Shown: positions 56,113-64,000 of the stretch, piece after piece
Layout of the letters: each line of letters starts with the position of its first letter
Position numbering within the stretch: the first letter of the stretch is position 1
Assembly (NCBI GenBank): GCA_017461055.1
Contig: JAFTZI010000005.1
Location: forward strand, 2,557 to 66,556
Length of the DNA: 64,000 nucleotides
Reading direction: 5' to 3'
DNA from: Clostridia bacterium
GTDB lineage: Bacteria > Bacillota > Clostridia > Oscillospirales > CAG-272
Made by a program: the position numbers and the translations under genes
The notes under the pieces: generated by a model
Told to the model about the DNA's origin: nothing
The model's database searches: none
Seen by the model: the letters and a program-made list of their open reading frames with translations, nothing else

Positions 56113-58032
56113 CTAAAAGTTGATTATAATTAGCTTATGGAGCTTTAAGGTGTCTACCTTGAATTTAAGCACTCCGTTTTCCTGTGTATACGAAATCTCT
56201 TCTCCATCGGGCTTAGAAATGACTTGCTTTACATTTTCATTAATTTTAATTGAAACATTTATGTTGTTTACATTTGGAAAATCCTCAAGCAAGCATACAT
56301 TACCACGGTTTACAGGTGGGGCGTACAACAAATGAAGCGCATAAATGCTTTCTTTTGTGCTCTTTCTGATTCTAGCTCTACCGCAAGAAAGGAAATTTTC
56401 GATTTTCAAGCATTTATCATATATGCTCTCTATTGCGTTAATTATGTACTTTTGTAATACATAATTTCCCGACTTGTTATAAGCTTCAAAAATCGGGTGT
56501 GCAAAATACAAAACGTTATTGTTTTTTACAAGTGCAGGGTATGATGCGCCTTCCAATTTATTTGGAGTATTCTTATGTCCGCAAAAATGACGCCAGGTAC
56601 GGTTAAAGTATGGCTCGTACACTTGTGCTAACACTTCTCCGTCAGATTCTACCTTATATGCGTGAGAATATGCAAGGAACGGTGTTGATATATCTTCCAT
56701 ATCGCAACGAATATAATCCACATCGTATTCACTTTCGCCAAGCATATTTATACCAATTTCTTCAAAGCCACTCTTGAAGCTGGCAATTATTTTTCCTCCA
56801 TTATTATTAAATGAAGCAAGAGCCTTTTTATCTTCGTCAGTTGGCTTTACATTATCGGGGAGAATTACGCATTTATATTTTGATAAGTCACTACCGGATT
56901 CAACCAAGTCGTATTCCAGGTGCATTATTTGAAGAATTTTTGAGCATCCCATATCAGAATCAGTATGGCTTATCCAAATTGCAATGTCAGTATATGCTTC
57001 TGTGTTTTCTGAATACTTTTCAATTTTATCAATGTAACGGAAGGCGTGGCCAATTATGTTGTATGTGCTTTTGTCTATTTTTCCACTTGGGTGCAAGTGG
57101 TCACCTACTGACATTGATGCACCTATGCTAACCATATCTGCAAGCTCATATTTTAAGGCATCCTTGTTTTTAAAGCCCCCAAACTCACCCCAAGCATGAT
57201 GGAATTTTCCTGTCATACCTAAAAACAGCTTACCGTACTTTTCAAAATACTTTGCTCTTAATGGCATGAAGTCATAGCCTCCCCAAGCGGTTGGCAAATC
57301 CTCAAGCTCATAGTGGGTCTGATAAGGGTGGTATTCGGGTCTGTTCATATCTGCTCCGCCATTGTAGAAAACGGTAGCGGTTGGACAATATGAATGAACT
57401 ATGCCTGTCAGCTCCTTCATCAATTCTATTCGCTTTTCTCTATAATAGGTTCTTGCATCCTCATAATTTTCAGGATCAAGCCCCTTCTTTCTCATACCCT
57501 CGCAGCAAGCATCGCAAATGCAAGCATCTCTCATAAAGCATATATCATAGAATATGCCGTCAGACACGTCGTAGCTTTCGCATATTTCCTTTGTGATATC
57601 TATGAGGTGGTTCTTGTAATCACCAACGGGGCAAAGAGTTGTCCAAGAGCAATCCCAAATTGGTGAATCAAGATCGCCTCCCGGCTCTGTGCCGAAATAG
57701 ATAGGCTTTTTCTTCCAAAAATCAATATGATGCCATTCCGGATGCTCATCAGCATCCTTTTTGCTCCAGCCCATTGTTATGTAAATAGGAGCTTTTACTC
57801 CTACTGAATGACAGGCATCAATTTCTGCCTTCATTAAATCAAATTTCAGATGCGGATGCATTGTTCCCACCTTTGTCGGATAATAGCAATATCCGTGATG
57901 GCATTTTGCAAATACGGTTATTAAGTCAACCTTTGCTTCTTTCAAGGTGGAAGCAAATTCCTCTTTATTAAATTCTTCTCCTATGCCCTCAATATCAGGA
58001 CTTGTATGAAAATCAAGATGTACGCACTTCAT
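56113..58032 (-). CDS. Putative glycoside hydrolase (GHL6 / GH42-like TIM barrel plus trimerisation-like domain)
   Basis: MKCVHLDFHTSPDIEGIG N-terminus is typical of the GHL6 family as I recall it. 639 aa, no signal peptide. Confidence 0.55.
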   Translation of the reverse strand: MKCVHLDFHTSPDIEGIGEEFNKEEFASTLKEAKVDLITVFAKCHHGYCYYPTKVGTMHPHLKFDLMKAEIDACHSVGVKAPIYITMGWSKKDADEHPEWHHIDFWKKKPIYFGTEPGGDLDSPIWDCSWTTLCPVGDYKNHLIDITKEICESYDVSDGIFYDICFMRDACICDACCEGMRKKGLDPENYEDARTYYREKRIELMKELTGIVHSYCPTATVFYNGGADMNRPEYHPYQTHYELEDLPTAWGGYDFMPLRAKYFEKYGKLFLGMTGKFHHAWGEFGGFKNKDALKYELADMVSIGASMSVGDHLHPSGKIDKSTYNIIGHAFRYIDKIEKYSENTEAYTDIAIWISHTDSDMGCSKILQIMHLEYDLVESGSDLSKYKCVILPDNVKPTDEDKKALASFNNNGGKIIASFKSGFEEIGINMLGESEYDVDYIRCDMEDISTPFLAYSHAYKVESDGEVLAQVYEPYFNRTWRHFCGHKNTPNKLEGASYPALVKNNNVLYFAHPIFEAYNKSGNYVLQKYIINAIESIYDKCLKIENFLSCGRARIRKSTKESIYALHLLYAPPVNRGNVCLLEDFPNVNNINVSIKINENVKQVISKPDGEEISYTQENGVLKFKVDTLKLHKLIIINF

Positions 58033-58063
58033 AATACTTCTCCTTTAATGTTGTACTTATTAA

Positions 58064-58092
58064 ATTTTACCATATCAGCACTTGCTTTTCAA
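58064..58092 (-). promoter_or_regulatory. Sigma-A-type promoter of the glycoside-hydrolase-like gene
   Basis: Minus strand: TTGAAA (58092-58087), 17-nt spacer, TAAAAT (58069-58064). Confidence 0.5.
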
Positions 58093-58124
58093 GGAAAATA
58101 TTCCTTGACTAAAAATATTTTTAG
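58089..58124. promoter_or_regulatory. Two adjacent perfect palindromes, candidate operators
   Basis: TCAAGGAAAATATTCCTTGA (58089-58108) spans both divergent -35 boxes. CTAAAAATATTTTTAG (58109-58124) fills the spacer of the plus-strand promoter. Confidence 0.5.
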
Positions 58125-58133
58125 TGATAGAAT
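58105..58133 (+). promoter_or_regulatory. Sigma-A-type promoter of the SDR gene leader
   Basis: TTGACT (58105-58110), 17-nt spacer, TGaTAGAAT (hexamer 58128-58133). Confidence 0.5.
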
Positions 58134-58139
58134 TAATGT

Positions 58140-58437
58140 GTACACTTTTTTAGCCAAAAAGCACCCATTCGAACGCGGTTTGAAATGATAAATAGCCACA
58201 TATCCTGTGTTAAAAAGGCTTGACAATTTTTAATTGCCTGCACCTTTTCTCCTTGAATATGCGTCTATTTATTCATTTGAAACTGCAAAGCACCTCAAAA
58301 AGCGATATGGCGAGGAGTTTTGGGTACAGAATGGCGCAGTAATATAAAATATTTCAAGGCATTATGTGCCGAAAAGTACCGTCATATCACTTTTTAGGCG
58401 CGTTTGAACGTGTGCTTTTTGGCTAAGGAGAGTATTT
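58140..58437 (+). promoter_or_regulatory. Candidate structured 5' leader of about 300 nt, closed by a long-range helix that reaches the SD
   Basis: TAGCCAAAAAGCACCCATTCGAACGCG (58151-58177) pairs with CGCGTTTGAACGTGTGCTTTTTGGCTA (58399-58425): 24 Watson-Crick pairs, 1 G-U, 2 mismatches. U-run 58146-58150 can extend the pairing over AGGAG (58426-58430). Confidence 0.35.
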
Positions 58438-59175
58438 ATGAGAATTGCTATTATTAGCGGCGCTTCCTCGGGCATTGGAAAAAGCATTGCCAAGGAGATT
58501 GATTTATTACATTTAGATGAAATATGGCTAATTGCAAGGAACGAAACTCGCTTAAAAAATTTGAAATCCGAGCTTAACACTGCTTCAAGATGCTTTCCTC
58601 TTGATTTAAGTCAACATTCATCCTATGATATTCTAAAAGAAGAGCTTTCACACGAAAGCTATTCGGTAGAATATTTAGTTTTGTCCGCAGGAGTTGGCTA
58701 TAACGGAGAGTTTGATACACTTACTCTTGATGAAATAAGAAGTACTGTTGACATAAACTGTTCTGCTTTAGCTATGCTTTCTTCTTTGGTAACACCTTAT
58801 GTTAAGGAAAACGGTAAAATAATTTGCATTGCCTCTGGCGCCGGTTTCTTACCACAGCCTTATTTTAATGTTTATGCTTCCTCTAAGGCTTTTGCGATAA
58901 GCTTTTCTCGTGGTTTGCGTCAAGAATTAAAGAGTAAAAAAATTAGGGTAACTGCGGTTTGTCCCGGTCCTGTTGACACTGAATTTTTTTCAGGGCTTAA
59001 AGATGTTAAGGAATACAAGAAAAAATATTTGATTTCTCCCGAAAGGGTAGCCAAAGGAGCTTTAAGGGCGGCTTGCAAAAACAAAGCTGTTTATTCCCCT
59101 ACTCTTTCAATAAAGCTTGTTCATTTAGCCTCTAAAATTATACCTACATCCATTTTATTAAAGTTCTATAAATAG
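58438..59175 (+). CDS. Short-chain dehydrogenase/reductase (classical SDR)
   Basis: SGASSGIGKS cofactor motif and YASSKAF (YxxxK) catalytic motif. Confidence 0.88.
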   Translation: MRIAIISGASSGIGKSIAKEIDLLHLDEIWLIARNETRLKNLKSELNTASRCFPLDLSQHSSYDILKEELSHESYSVEYLVLSAGVGYNGEFDTLTLDEIRSTVDINCSALAMLSSLVTPYVKENGKIICIASGAGFLPQPYFNVYASSKAFAISFSRGLRQELKSKKIRVTAVCPGPVDTEFFSGLKDVKEYKKKYLISPERVAKGALRAACKNKAVYSPTLSIKLVHLASKIIPTSILLKFYK

Positions 59176-59221
59176 CAAAAAAGGCTTTTCCAATTCGATT
59201 AATTGGAAAAGCCTTTTTTTA
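59176..59221. terminator. Bidirectional terminator between convergent genes
   Basis: 15-bp arms AAGGCTTTTCCAATT (59181-59195) and AATTGGAAAAGCCTT (59201-59215), flanked by A and T runs. Confidence 0.7.
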
Positions 59222-60430
59222 ATTTTCAGTCCATTTTGCTGTAAGCTTAACATGCTTATAGATGCTCCATGTTTCACCTGTTAGCGGTACTGACTGTTCG
59301 CCATAATACCAGCCATCAAAGGTATAGCCCTCACGTGTCGGTGTAGGTAAGCTATACGCTTTTCTAATTGTTACTATTATTCCATCAGAATCATCGGGAA
59401 TTGATCCGCCATTTGCGTCCAGCTTTATATACATCTTTGCCATAGTATATATGGTGTAGCCAAAGGCGGCTCTAATCTGTGTAATGACGTCTATTAGCTC
59501 CCCATTGCCTTCTTCAAGTACAAGATTTTCGCTCCACTCAAAAAGTGTAGCCAAATCTATAATTTCCCTCATTTTTCCCTCATCATTATAGTAGTACAGG
59601 GAAACCTTGATTCCATTGCAATCAGCAAATGCGTTTTTACCGATTTTGTTAACGGTATTGGGCAATAATATTCTTGGGAAGGTAAAGCTGTCCTGGGATA
59701 TTTTAGCGCCTGCGCCTGCAAACAAGTCTTGACCTATTTCCTTTACAGGCTTGCCATTATACTCGGTAGGAACAAATATATCCTTATCAAATGAGCCGGC
59801 ATAGTAAACGACAGCTAAATAATCTCCCTTATCAGAATAATAATAGTTATCTTCTCCAATATAAGAATACTCAATTATATCAATAGCTTCGTCAGAAGCT
59901 CCAAGATTTTGGGTATTATAAGAGATATCATCATTAATAAATAGCTTTACTTGCTGACCGTTTGTGCTTGATATTGCTTCAGATAATTTTGAAAATGCTC
60001 CATCCTTAATGCTCACAACCTTGATAGAATTAAATTCGGTTGGAACAAAAATATTTTCTGTTGCAATGCCTCGATAATCTATAATTGTGTATCCATTTTC
60101 GCCTTGCTCATAAACGAAAGAGTTTTCATCCCTTATTATCCACTCAGCGACAAGAGTCAAATCAATATCGTACTTCCAGCTATCACCAATTGTCTCAACA
60201 TATTCACCGTTATAATACCAACCGCTAAACACAAAGCCCTGCTTGGTGGGAGATGGAAGCTCGTAGCTTGAACCGCATTTTATTCTCACCTGTGATTTTT
60301 CCATTGTTCCGCCATTTAAGTCAAAGGTAACTGTATTCTTTTGCATTTCTAAAATGCCGAAAATTCCGCCTATTATTATACCAAGCAACAATATGGCAGA
60401 AATCAAAATTATTATATTTTTCTTTTGCAC
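59219..60430 (-). CDS. Membrane-anchored surface protein: two Flg_new (InlB B) repeats flanking BspA-type leucine-rich repeats
   Basis: N-terminal TM anchor. VTFDLNGGT...GFVFSGWYYNG and KLDANGGS...GYTFDGWYYG. IFVPTE(F/Y)N...(V/I)K.I LRR_5-like units. Confidence 0.7.
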   Translation of the reverse strand: MQKKNIIILISAILLLGIIIGGIFGILEMQKNTVTFDLNGGTMEKSQVRIKCGSSYELPSPTKQGFVFSGWYYNGEYVETIGDSWKYDIDLTLVAEWIIRDENSFVYEQGENGYTIIDYRGIATENIFVPTEFNSIKVVSIKDGAFSKLSEAISSTNGQQVKLFINDDISYNTQNLGASDEAIDIIEYSYIGEDNYYYSDKGDYLAVVYYAGSFDKDIFVPTEYNGKPVKEIGQDLFAGAGAKISQDSFTFPRILLPNTVNKIGKNAFADCNGIKVSLYYYNDEGKMREIIDLATLFEWSENLVLEEGNGELIDVITQIRAAFGYTIYTMAKMYIKLDANGGSIPDDSDGIIVTIRKAYSLPTPTREGYTFDGWYYGEQSVPLTGETWSIYKHVKLTAKWTEN

Positions 60431-60502
60431 TATATCGCCTTCTTTTCTATATTATCTCTATATATTATAGTGCAATTGCAGTAAAAAGTCAAGCAGTTTA
60501 AT

Positions 60503-60931
60503 TTAAAGAAAGCTTCTCATATCAGTACGCAGCTCCTGCTCGATTGAAATCAACTTATTTGTTATTTCTTTTGAATGCTCATCTGCCGAACCGTATTGAT
60601 TTAAATACTTATACAGGGACTTAATTCCCATATTGCAGCCATCTGTCATTATACTTGCTATTTCGTTATCGGTTCTGTGCATAGTGATTTTCATTCTCGT
60701 TGTCATATCTGACATTGTTTTAGCAATCGGGTGGGGGTCTTTAGTGCTAATGCGTGCATTTTTCAATGCTCTGTGGGTCATATCTCCCAAAACTGCATGT
60801 TTATCTTTGCAAGCGTTCAGTACCTTTTTCAGCTCTTTACTTTTAACATAAGGCATTACGTGATTAATGGAATCTACACCCATTTTAATTCCTGAATTAC
60901 ACTCTCTTAAAAGCTTTTCAGTATCGTTCAT
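60503..60931 (-). CDS. Hypothetical helical protein, about 142 aa
   Basis: Start moved to ATG 60931 (MNDTEKLL), which has GAGGTG upstream. No motif recognised. Confidence 0.4.
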   Translation of the reverse strand: MNDTEKLLRECNSGIKMGVDSINHVMPYVKSKELKKVLNACKDKHAVLGDMTHRALKNARISTKDPHPIAKTMSDMTTRMKITMHRTDNEIASIMTDGCNMGIKSLYKYLNQYGSADEHSKEITNKLISIEQELRTDMRSFL

Positions 60932-60980
60932 TTTATTCACCTCTTTATTAAAAGTATTTTGCAAATTAAGATTTTTATAC

Positions 60981-61008
60981 AAAAAGCGTTGCATTTTTCT
61001 GCAACGCT
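60981..61008 (-). terminator. Terminator after the nucleotidyltransferase gene
   Basis: AGCGTTGCA (60985-60993) and TGCAACGCT (61000-61008). A5 upstream gives a U-tail on the minus strand. Confidence 0.6.
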
Positions 61009-61015
61009 TTAAAAA

Positions 61016-61933
61016 TTAATATAAGGTTTTTGGATAAACGCCATCAGCCTGGAGCTTTAAGAATGCGTCCTTAACAGCATACTTGTCTTCTCCGTATGTT
61101 ACGCCGAACCATTTATCGTTAGTTTCGAGAATTTTAACCGAAGCTTCACCGTTTTCTACAAGCTCACCAATTACTGTTGGAAGCAAGTATTCGCCCTTAA
61201 GCTGATTGAGATTTGGGTTAGATAAGAACTTAACAAAGCCATTTTCCAAAACATCAATAAAGTCGGGAGTTAAGCCCCACATATTCATTGATACGTAGCA
61301 ATTTTCATCAAGCTGGTCAACTGTGCCATCATCATTTGCAATTCCTGCACTGTTACCGTACTTAACTATATTGCTTGTTTCTACAACCTTTGTTAAATAT
61401 CCGTCGTCGTTTGCTTCACAAACTCCTCTTGTTACGCCACCGTTGTCGCTAAGTGTATTCTTAAGAATGAAGCCAGCCATACAGAAATCATATTTCTTAA
61501 CAGGCGCCTTTTCTTCCACCAAAAATTCGTGAATGGACTTGAAAGCCTCTTTTCCGTAATAGTCATCAGCATTAATAACCATAAATGGCTCATTAACTAT
61601 ACCCTTACAGGAAAGAACTGCTTGACCTGTTCCCCAAGGCTTCTTTCTGTCGGGGTGATTTTTAAAGCCTGCCGGAAGCGCTTCCATATCCTGGTATGCG
61701 TAAGCAACCTCGCAAATTCCTGCAATTTTATTTCCAACTACTTCCTTGAAGTAATCTTCCATTTCTCTTCTGATTATGAATACTACCTTATTAAAGCCAG
61801 CCTCAAGCGCATCGTGAATGGAATACTCCATAATTACTTCGCCATTTGGACCAAGTGGCTCAAGCTGCTTAATTCCGCCGCCAAAGCGTGAGCCTATACC
61901 GGCAGCCATTATTACAAGTGTTGTCTTTTTCAT
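61016..61933 (-). CDS. Sugar-phosphate nucleotidyltransferase (NTP_transferase fold)
   Basis: LVIMAAGIGSRFGGGIKQL N-terminal signature (GxGxRf). Confidence 0.7.
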   Translation of the reverse strand: MKKTTLVIMAAGIGSRFGGGIKQLEPLGPNGEVIMEYSIHDALEAGFNKVVFIIRREMEDYFKEVVGNKIAGICEVAYAYQDMEALPAGFKNHPDRKKPWGTGQAVLSCKGIVNEPFMVINADDYYGKEAFKSIHEFLVEEKAPVKKYDFCMAGFILKNTLSDNGGVTRGVCEANDDGYLTKVVETSNIVKYGNSAGIANDDGTVDQLDENCYVSMNMWGLTPDFIDVLENGFVKFLSNPNLNQLKGEYLLPTVIGELVENGEASVKILETNDKWFGVTYGEDKYAVKDAFLKLQADGVYPKTLY

Positions 61934-61957
61934 TATTTATTTCCTCGAATCAATTAA

Positions 61958-63754
61958 TTATTTGTAAAGCGGACCGTATGTAGCGCAAGCACGGTAATCC
62001 TGTCCTTCTTTGTCCATGCCAAAGGCATTCCATGCAGCAGGACGGAAGATCTTGTCTTCAGGAACGTTGTGCATGCATACAGGAATTCTAAGCATAGAAC
62101 ACATTGTAATAAGGTCAGCACCGATGTGTCCATAGCTAATTGCACCGTGGTTAGCACCCCAGTTGTTCATAACGTCATATGCGGACTTGAACGCACCCTC
62201 ACCGGTACATCTTGGAGCAAACCAAGTACATGGCCATGTTGGATTTGTTCTTTCCATAAGTGTGTCGGAAACCTCATCAGGTAACTGTACAGTCCATCCC
62301 TCTGCAATTTGAAGAACAGGACCTAAGCCCTTAACAAGGTTAAGTCTAATCATTGTAGCGGGCATTTCGGCACGGGTTGTAAAGTGGCTTGAGAATCCAC
62401 CACCGCGGAAGTTATCAAAGCCAGCCTCGCACCAAACGGTTGCATCGGTCATCTTCTTGATATCCTCATCTGTTACTTCCCACCACTTTTTCATAATAGC
62501 GTTGCCATTTTCATCCTTGCACTCACCGCAAGCATCAAGGCAAGCAGCGCCGGAATTGAGCAAGTGAATAATACCGCCATTTTCCTTCGCCTTACCTTCA
62601 AGGTCATAACCTGTAACACGCTTTGTAGCCTCGGGTGACCAGAATGTACGAACGTCAGCAAAAATTTGAGCACGGTGTGTAAGCAAACGCATAAACAGCA
62701 TACCAAGGCCGTTTAAAACGTCGTTTTCAGTTGCTAATGTATATGGCTCTCTTGCACCTTGATAGTCAAAGGATGAGCTTAAGAGCGCTTCAGGGTAGTC
62801 ACAGTTTGGCCAATGGTCTGTCCACTGTCTTTGACCCTGGAATCCGCCAACGATAGCATTATGACCAACCATTTCCTCTTCAAAGCCTTCAGGAAGGTTC
62901 TTGTTACCTGCCATTAGGTCCTTGATTATGCAATACATTTTAACTGTGAATTCCCATTGCTTTTCCTTTTCTTCATCACTGAAGCGAACAAAGTCAGGAT
63001 TATCATCACGACCCATTTTGCAATGCTCCTTAGTCCAAGCAAGAGCCTTTTGATATTCTTCTTCATTATAAATGCCTTCTTCCATACGGCGAAGGATTTC
63101 AACCTCATCAACGGACTCAACTCTCATACCAAGATATGACTCTACAAAATCCTGGTCCATAATTGAACCGCCGATACCCATACACTGAGAACCGATTTGG
63201 AGATATGATTTACCTCTCATTGTTGCAACCGCAACCGCTGCTCTACCGAAGCGAAGGAGCTTTTCCTTTACATCCTCGGGAATTTCAGTTACCTGGTCAC
63301 GGTCTTGTACCTCATGACCGTAAATACCGAAGGCGGGAAGTCCCTTTTGCGCGTGAGAAGCAAGAACTGCTGCAAGATAAACAGCACCGGGTCTTTCTGT
63401 ACCGTTAAAGCCCCATACACCCTTAATTGTGTTAGGGTCCATATCCATTGTTTCTGAGCCATAGCACCAACAAGGAGTTACAGACAAGGTAATATCAACG
63501 CCTTCTCTTTTAAACTTATCAGCGCAAGCTGCAGCTTCCGGTACACGACCAATGCTTGTGTCGGCAATTACAACCTTTACAGGATCTCCGTTTGAGTAGT
63601 TGAGATTTTCCTCAAACAATTTCTTTGCCGCTAATGCAAGCGCCATTGTCTGATCCTCTAAGCTTTCACGAAGCTTCATTGGTCCACGACGACCATCGAT
63701 TATAGGACGGATACCGATTACAGGGTACTGTCCAACATATCTGTTTTCTGCCAT
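61958..63754 (-). CDS. fucI: L-fucose isomerase
   Basis: 598 aa. [12 protein letters not shown]-terminus. Length and overall pattern are typical of FucI. Confidence 0.9.
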   Translation of the reverse strand: MAENRYVGQYPVIGIRPIIDGRRGPMKLRESLEDQTMALALAAKKLFEENLNYSNGDPVKVVIADTSIGRVPEAAACADKFKREGVDITLSVTPCWCYGSETMDMDPNTIKGVWGFNGTERPGAVYLAAVLASHAQKGLPAFGIYGHEVQDRDQVTEIPEDVKEKLLRFGRAAVAVATMRGKSYLQIGSQCMGIGGSIMDQDFVESYLGMRVESVDEVEILRRMEEGIYNEEEYQKALAWTKEHCKMGRDDNPDFVRFSDEEKEKQWEFTVKMYCIIKDLMAGNKNLPEGFEEEMVGHNAIVGGFQGQRQWTDHWPNCDYPEALLSSSFDYQGAREPYTLATENDVLNGLGMLFMRLLTHRAQIFADVRTFWSPEATKRVTGYDLEGKAKENGGIIHLLNSGAACLDACGECKDENGNAIMKKWWEVTDEDIKKMTDATVWCEAGFDNFRGGGFSSHFTTRAEMPATMIRLNLVKGLGPVLQIAEGWTVQLPDEVSDTLMERTNPTWPCTWFAPRCTGEGAFKSAYDVMNNWGANHGAISYGHIGADLITMCSMLRIPVCMHNVPEDKIFRPAAWNAFGMDKEGQDYRACATYGPLYK

Positions 63755-63837
63755 TTTTTAAATCCCCTTTTTGATTTAATTTTTATCATTTTAATTATAA
63801 TATTTTATCTTTACAAAATCAAGGCTTTTTTGATTTT

Positions 63838-64000
63838 TTATTGCTTTTCAAAGTATTTTATTGCAAAATCAATATTTGATGGACCGTGTGGGTGGTGGTC
63901 GACACCGATTTTTTTGTCGAGATAAAGCAACTTTTCCAAGCCGTTTTCTTTGTATGCTCTTTCTATTGCTATTCCGTTTTCTTCATACGGTACGGTTTTG
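63838..64000 (-). CDS. C-terminal fragment of an unidentified protein; the gene continues beyond the window
   Basis: Hand translation gives ...KTVPYEENGIAIERAYKENGLEKLLYLDKKIGVDHHPHGPSNIDFAIKYFEKQ, with stop TAA at 63840-63838. Confidence 0.4.
   Translation of the reverse strand, partial: KTVPYEENGIAIERAYKENGLEKLLYLDKKIGVDHHPHGPSNIDFAIKYFEKQ

Noticed and set aside
55971-56120. 49-aa highly basic plus-strand ORF in the GC-rich element
   Set aside because: The AAGAG lies directly against the ATG with no proper spacing. The Pro/Arg-rich composition looks like a by-product of GC-rich non-coding sequence. It is kept only as an alternative within the finding.
58133-58243. 36-aa minus-strand sORF (GTG at 58243, AAGGAG 5 nt upstream; MQAIKNCQAFLTQDMWLFIISNRVRMGAFWLKKCTH)
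   Set aside because: The RBS spacing is fine, but it has a GTG start and no terminator. It runs into the divergent promoter region and overlaps the left arm of the leader helix. It is not called without conservation or Ribo-seq evidence.
58362-58580. 72-aa minus-strand ORF
   Set aside because: It overlaps the start of the well-supported SDR gene and the right arm of the leader helix.
61954-63408. Several 60-81-aa ORFs on both strands within fucI
   Set aside because: They are nested in or antisense to a full-length, well-supported fucI reading frame.

Overview
Low-GC chromosome segment from a spore-forming Firmicute that looks Clostridia-like (spoVD/spoVE-type dcw genes, yabP-yabQ, spoVB, DUF1540). 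I count about 55 protein genes and one tRNA-Pro(GGG). I found no rRNA, CRISPR array, transposase or integrase. Most of the window is core genome: dcw/mur cluster (PBP-murE-murF-mraY-ftsW-murG), murA, rluD-type synthase, yajC, rplS, lepB-rbgA-rnhB-yraN, tig-clpP-clpX, hup, spoVB, hemZ-relA-recJ, cdaA plus a short YbbR protein, rpmB, fucI. Unusual content, in order of interest: (1) A two-gene operon (28007-30859) between the clpX terminator and the tRNA-Pro cassette. It encodes a four-TM N-terminal domain fused to a McrB-like AAA+ GTPase, plus a McrC/DUF2357-like partner. This is my best candidate for an undescribed, defence-type system. (2) A 1698-aa secreted protein made of discoidin-like modules and at least 14 H-Xn-C-Xn-C-X2-C units, followed by an untracked 45-aa sORF with a strong RBS and terminator. 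(3) A back-to-back divergent promoter region (58064-58133) with perfect palindromes, followed by a leader of about 300 nt closed by a 27-nt long-range helix that reaches the SD of an SDR gene. (4) A GC-rich, hairpin-rich element with an orphan promoter (55927-56120). (5) Perfect 15-bp direct repeats flanking the tRNA cassette. All functional calls come from reading motifs by eye. No database search, folding or statistics could be run.
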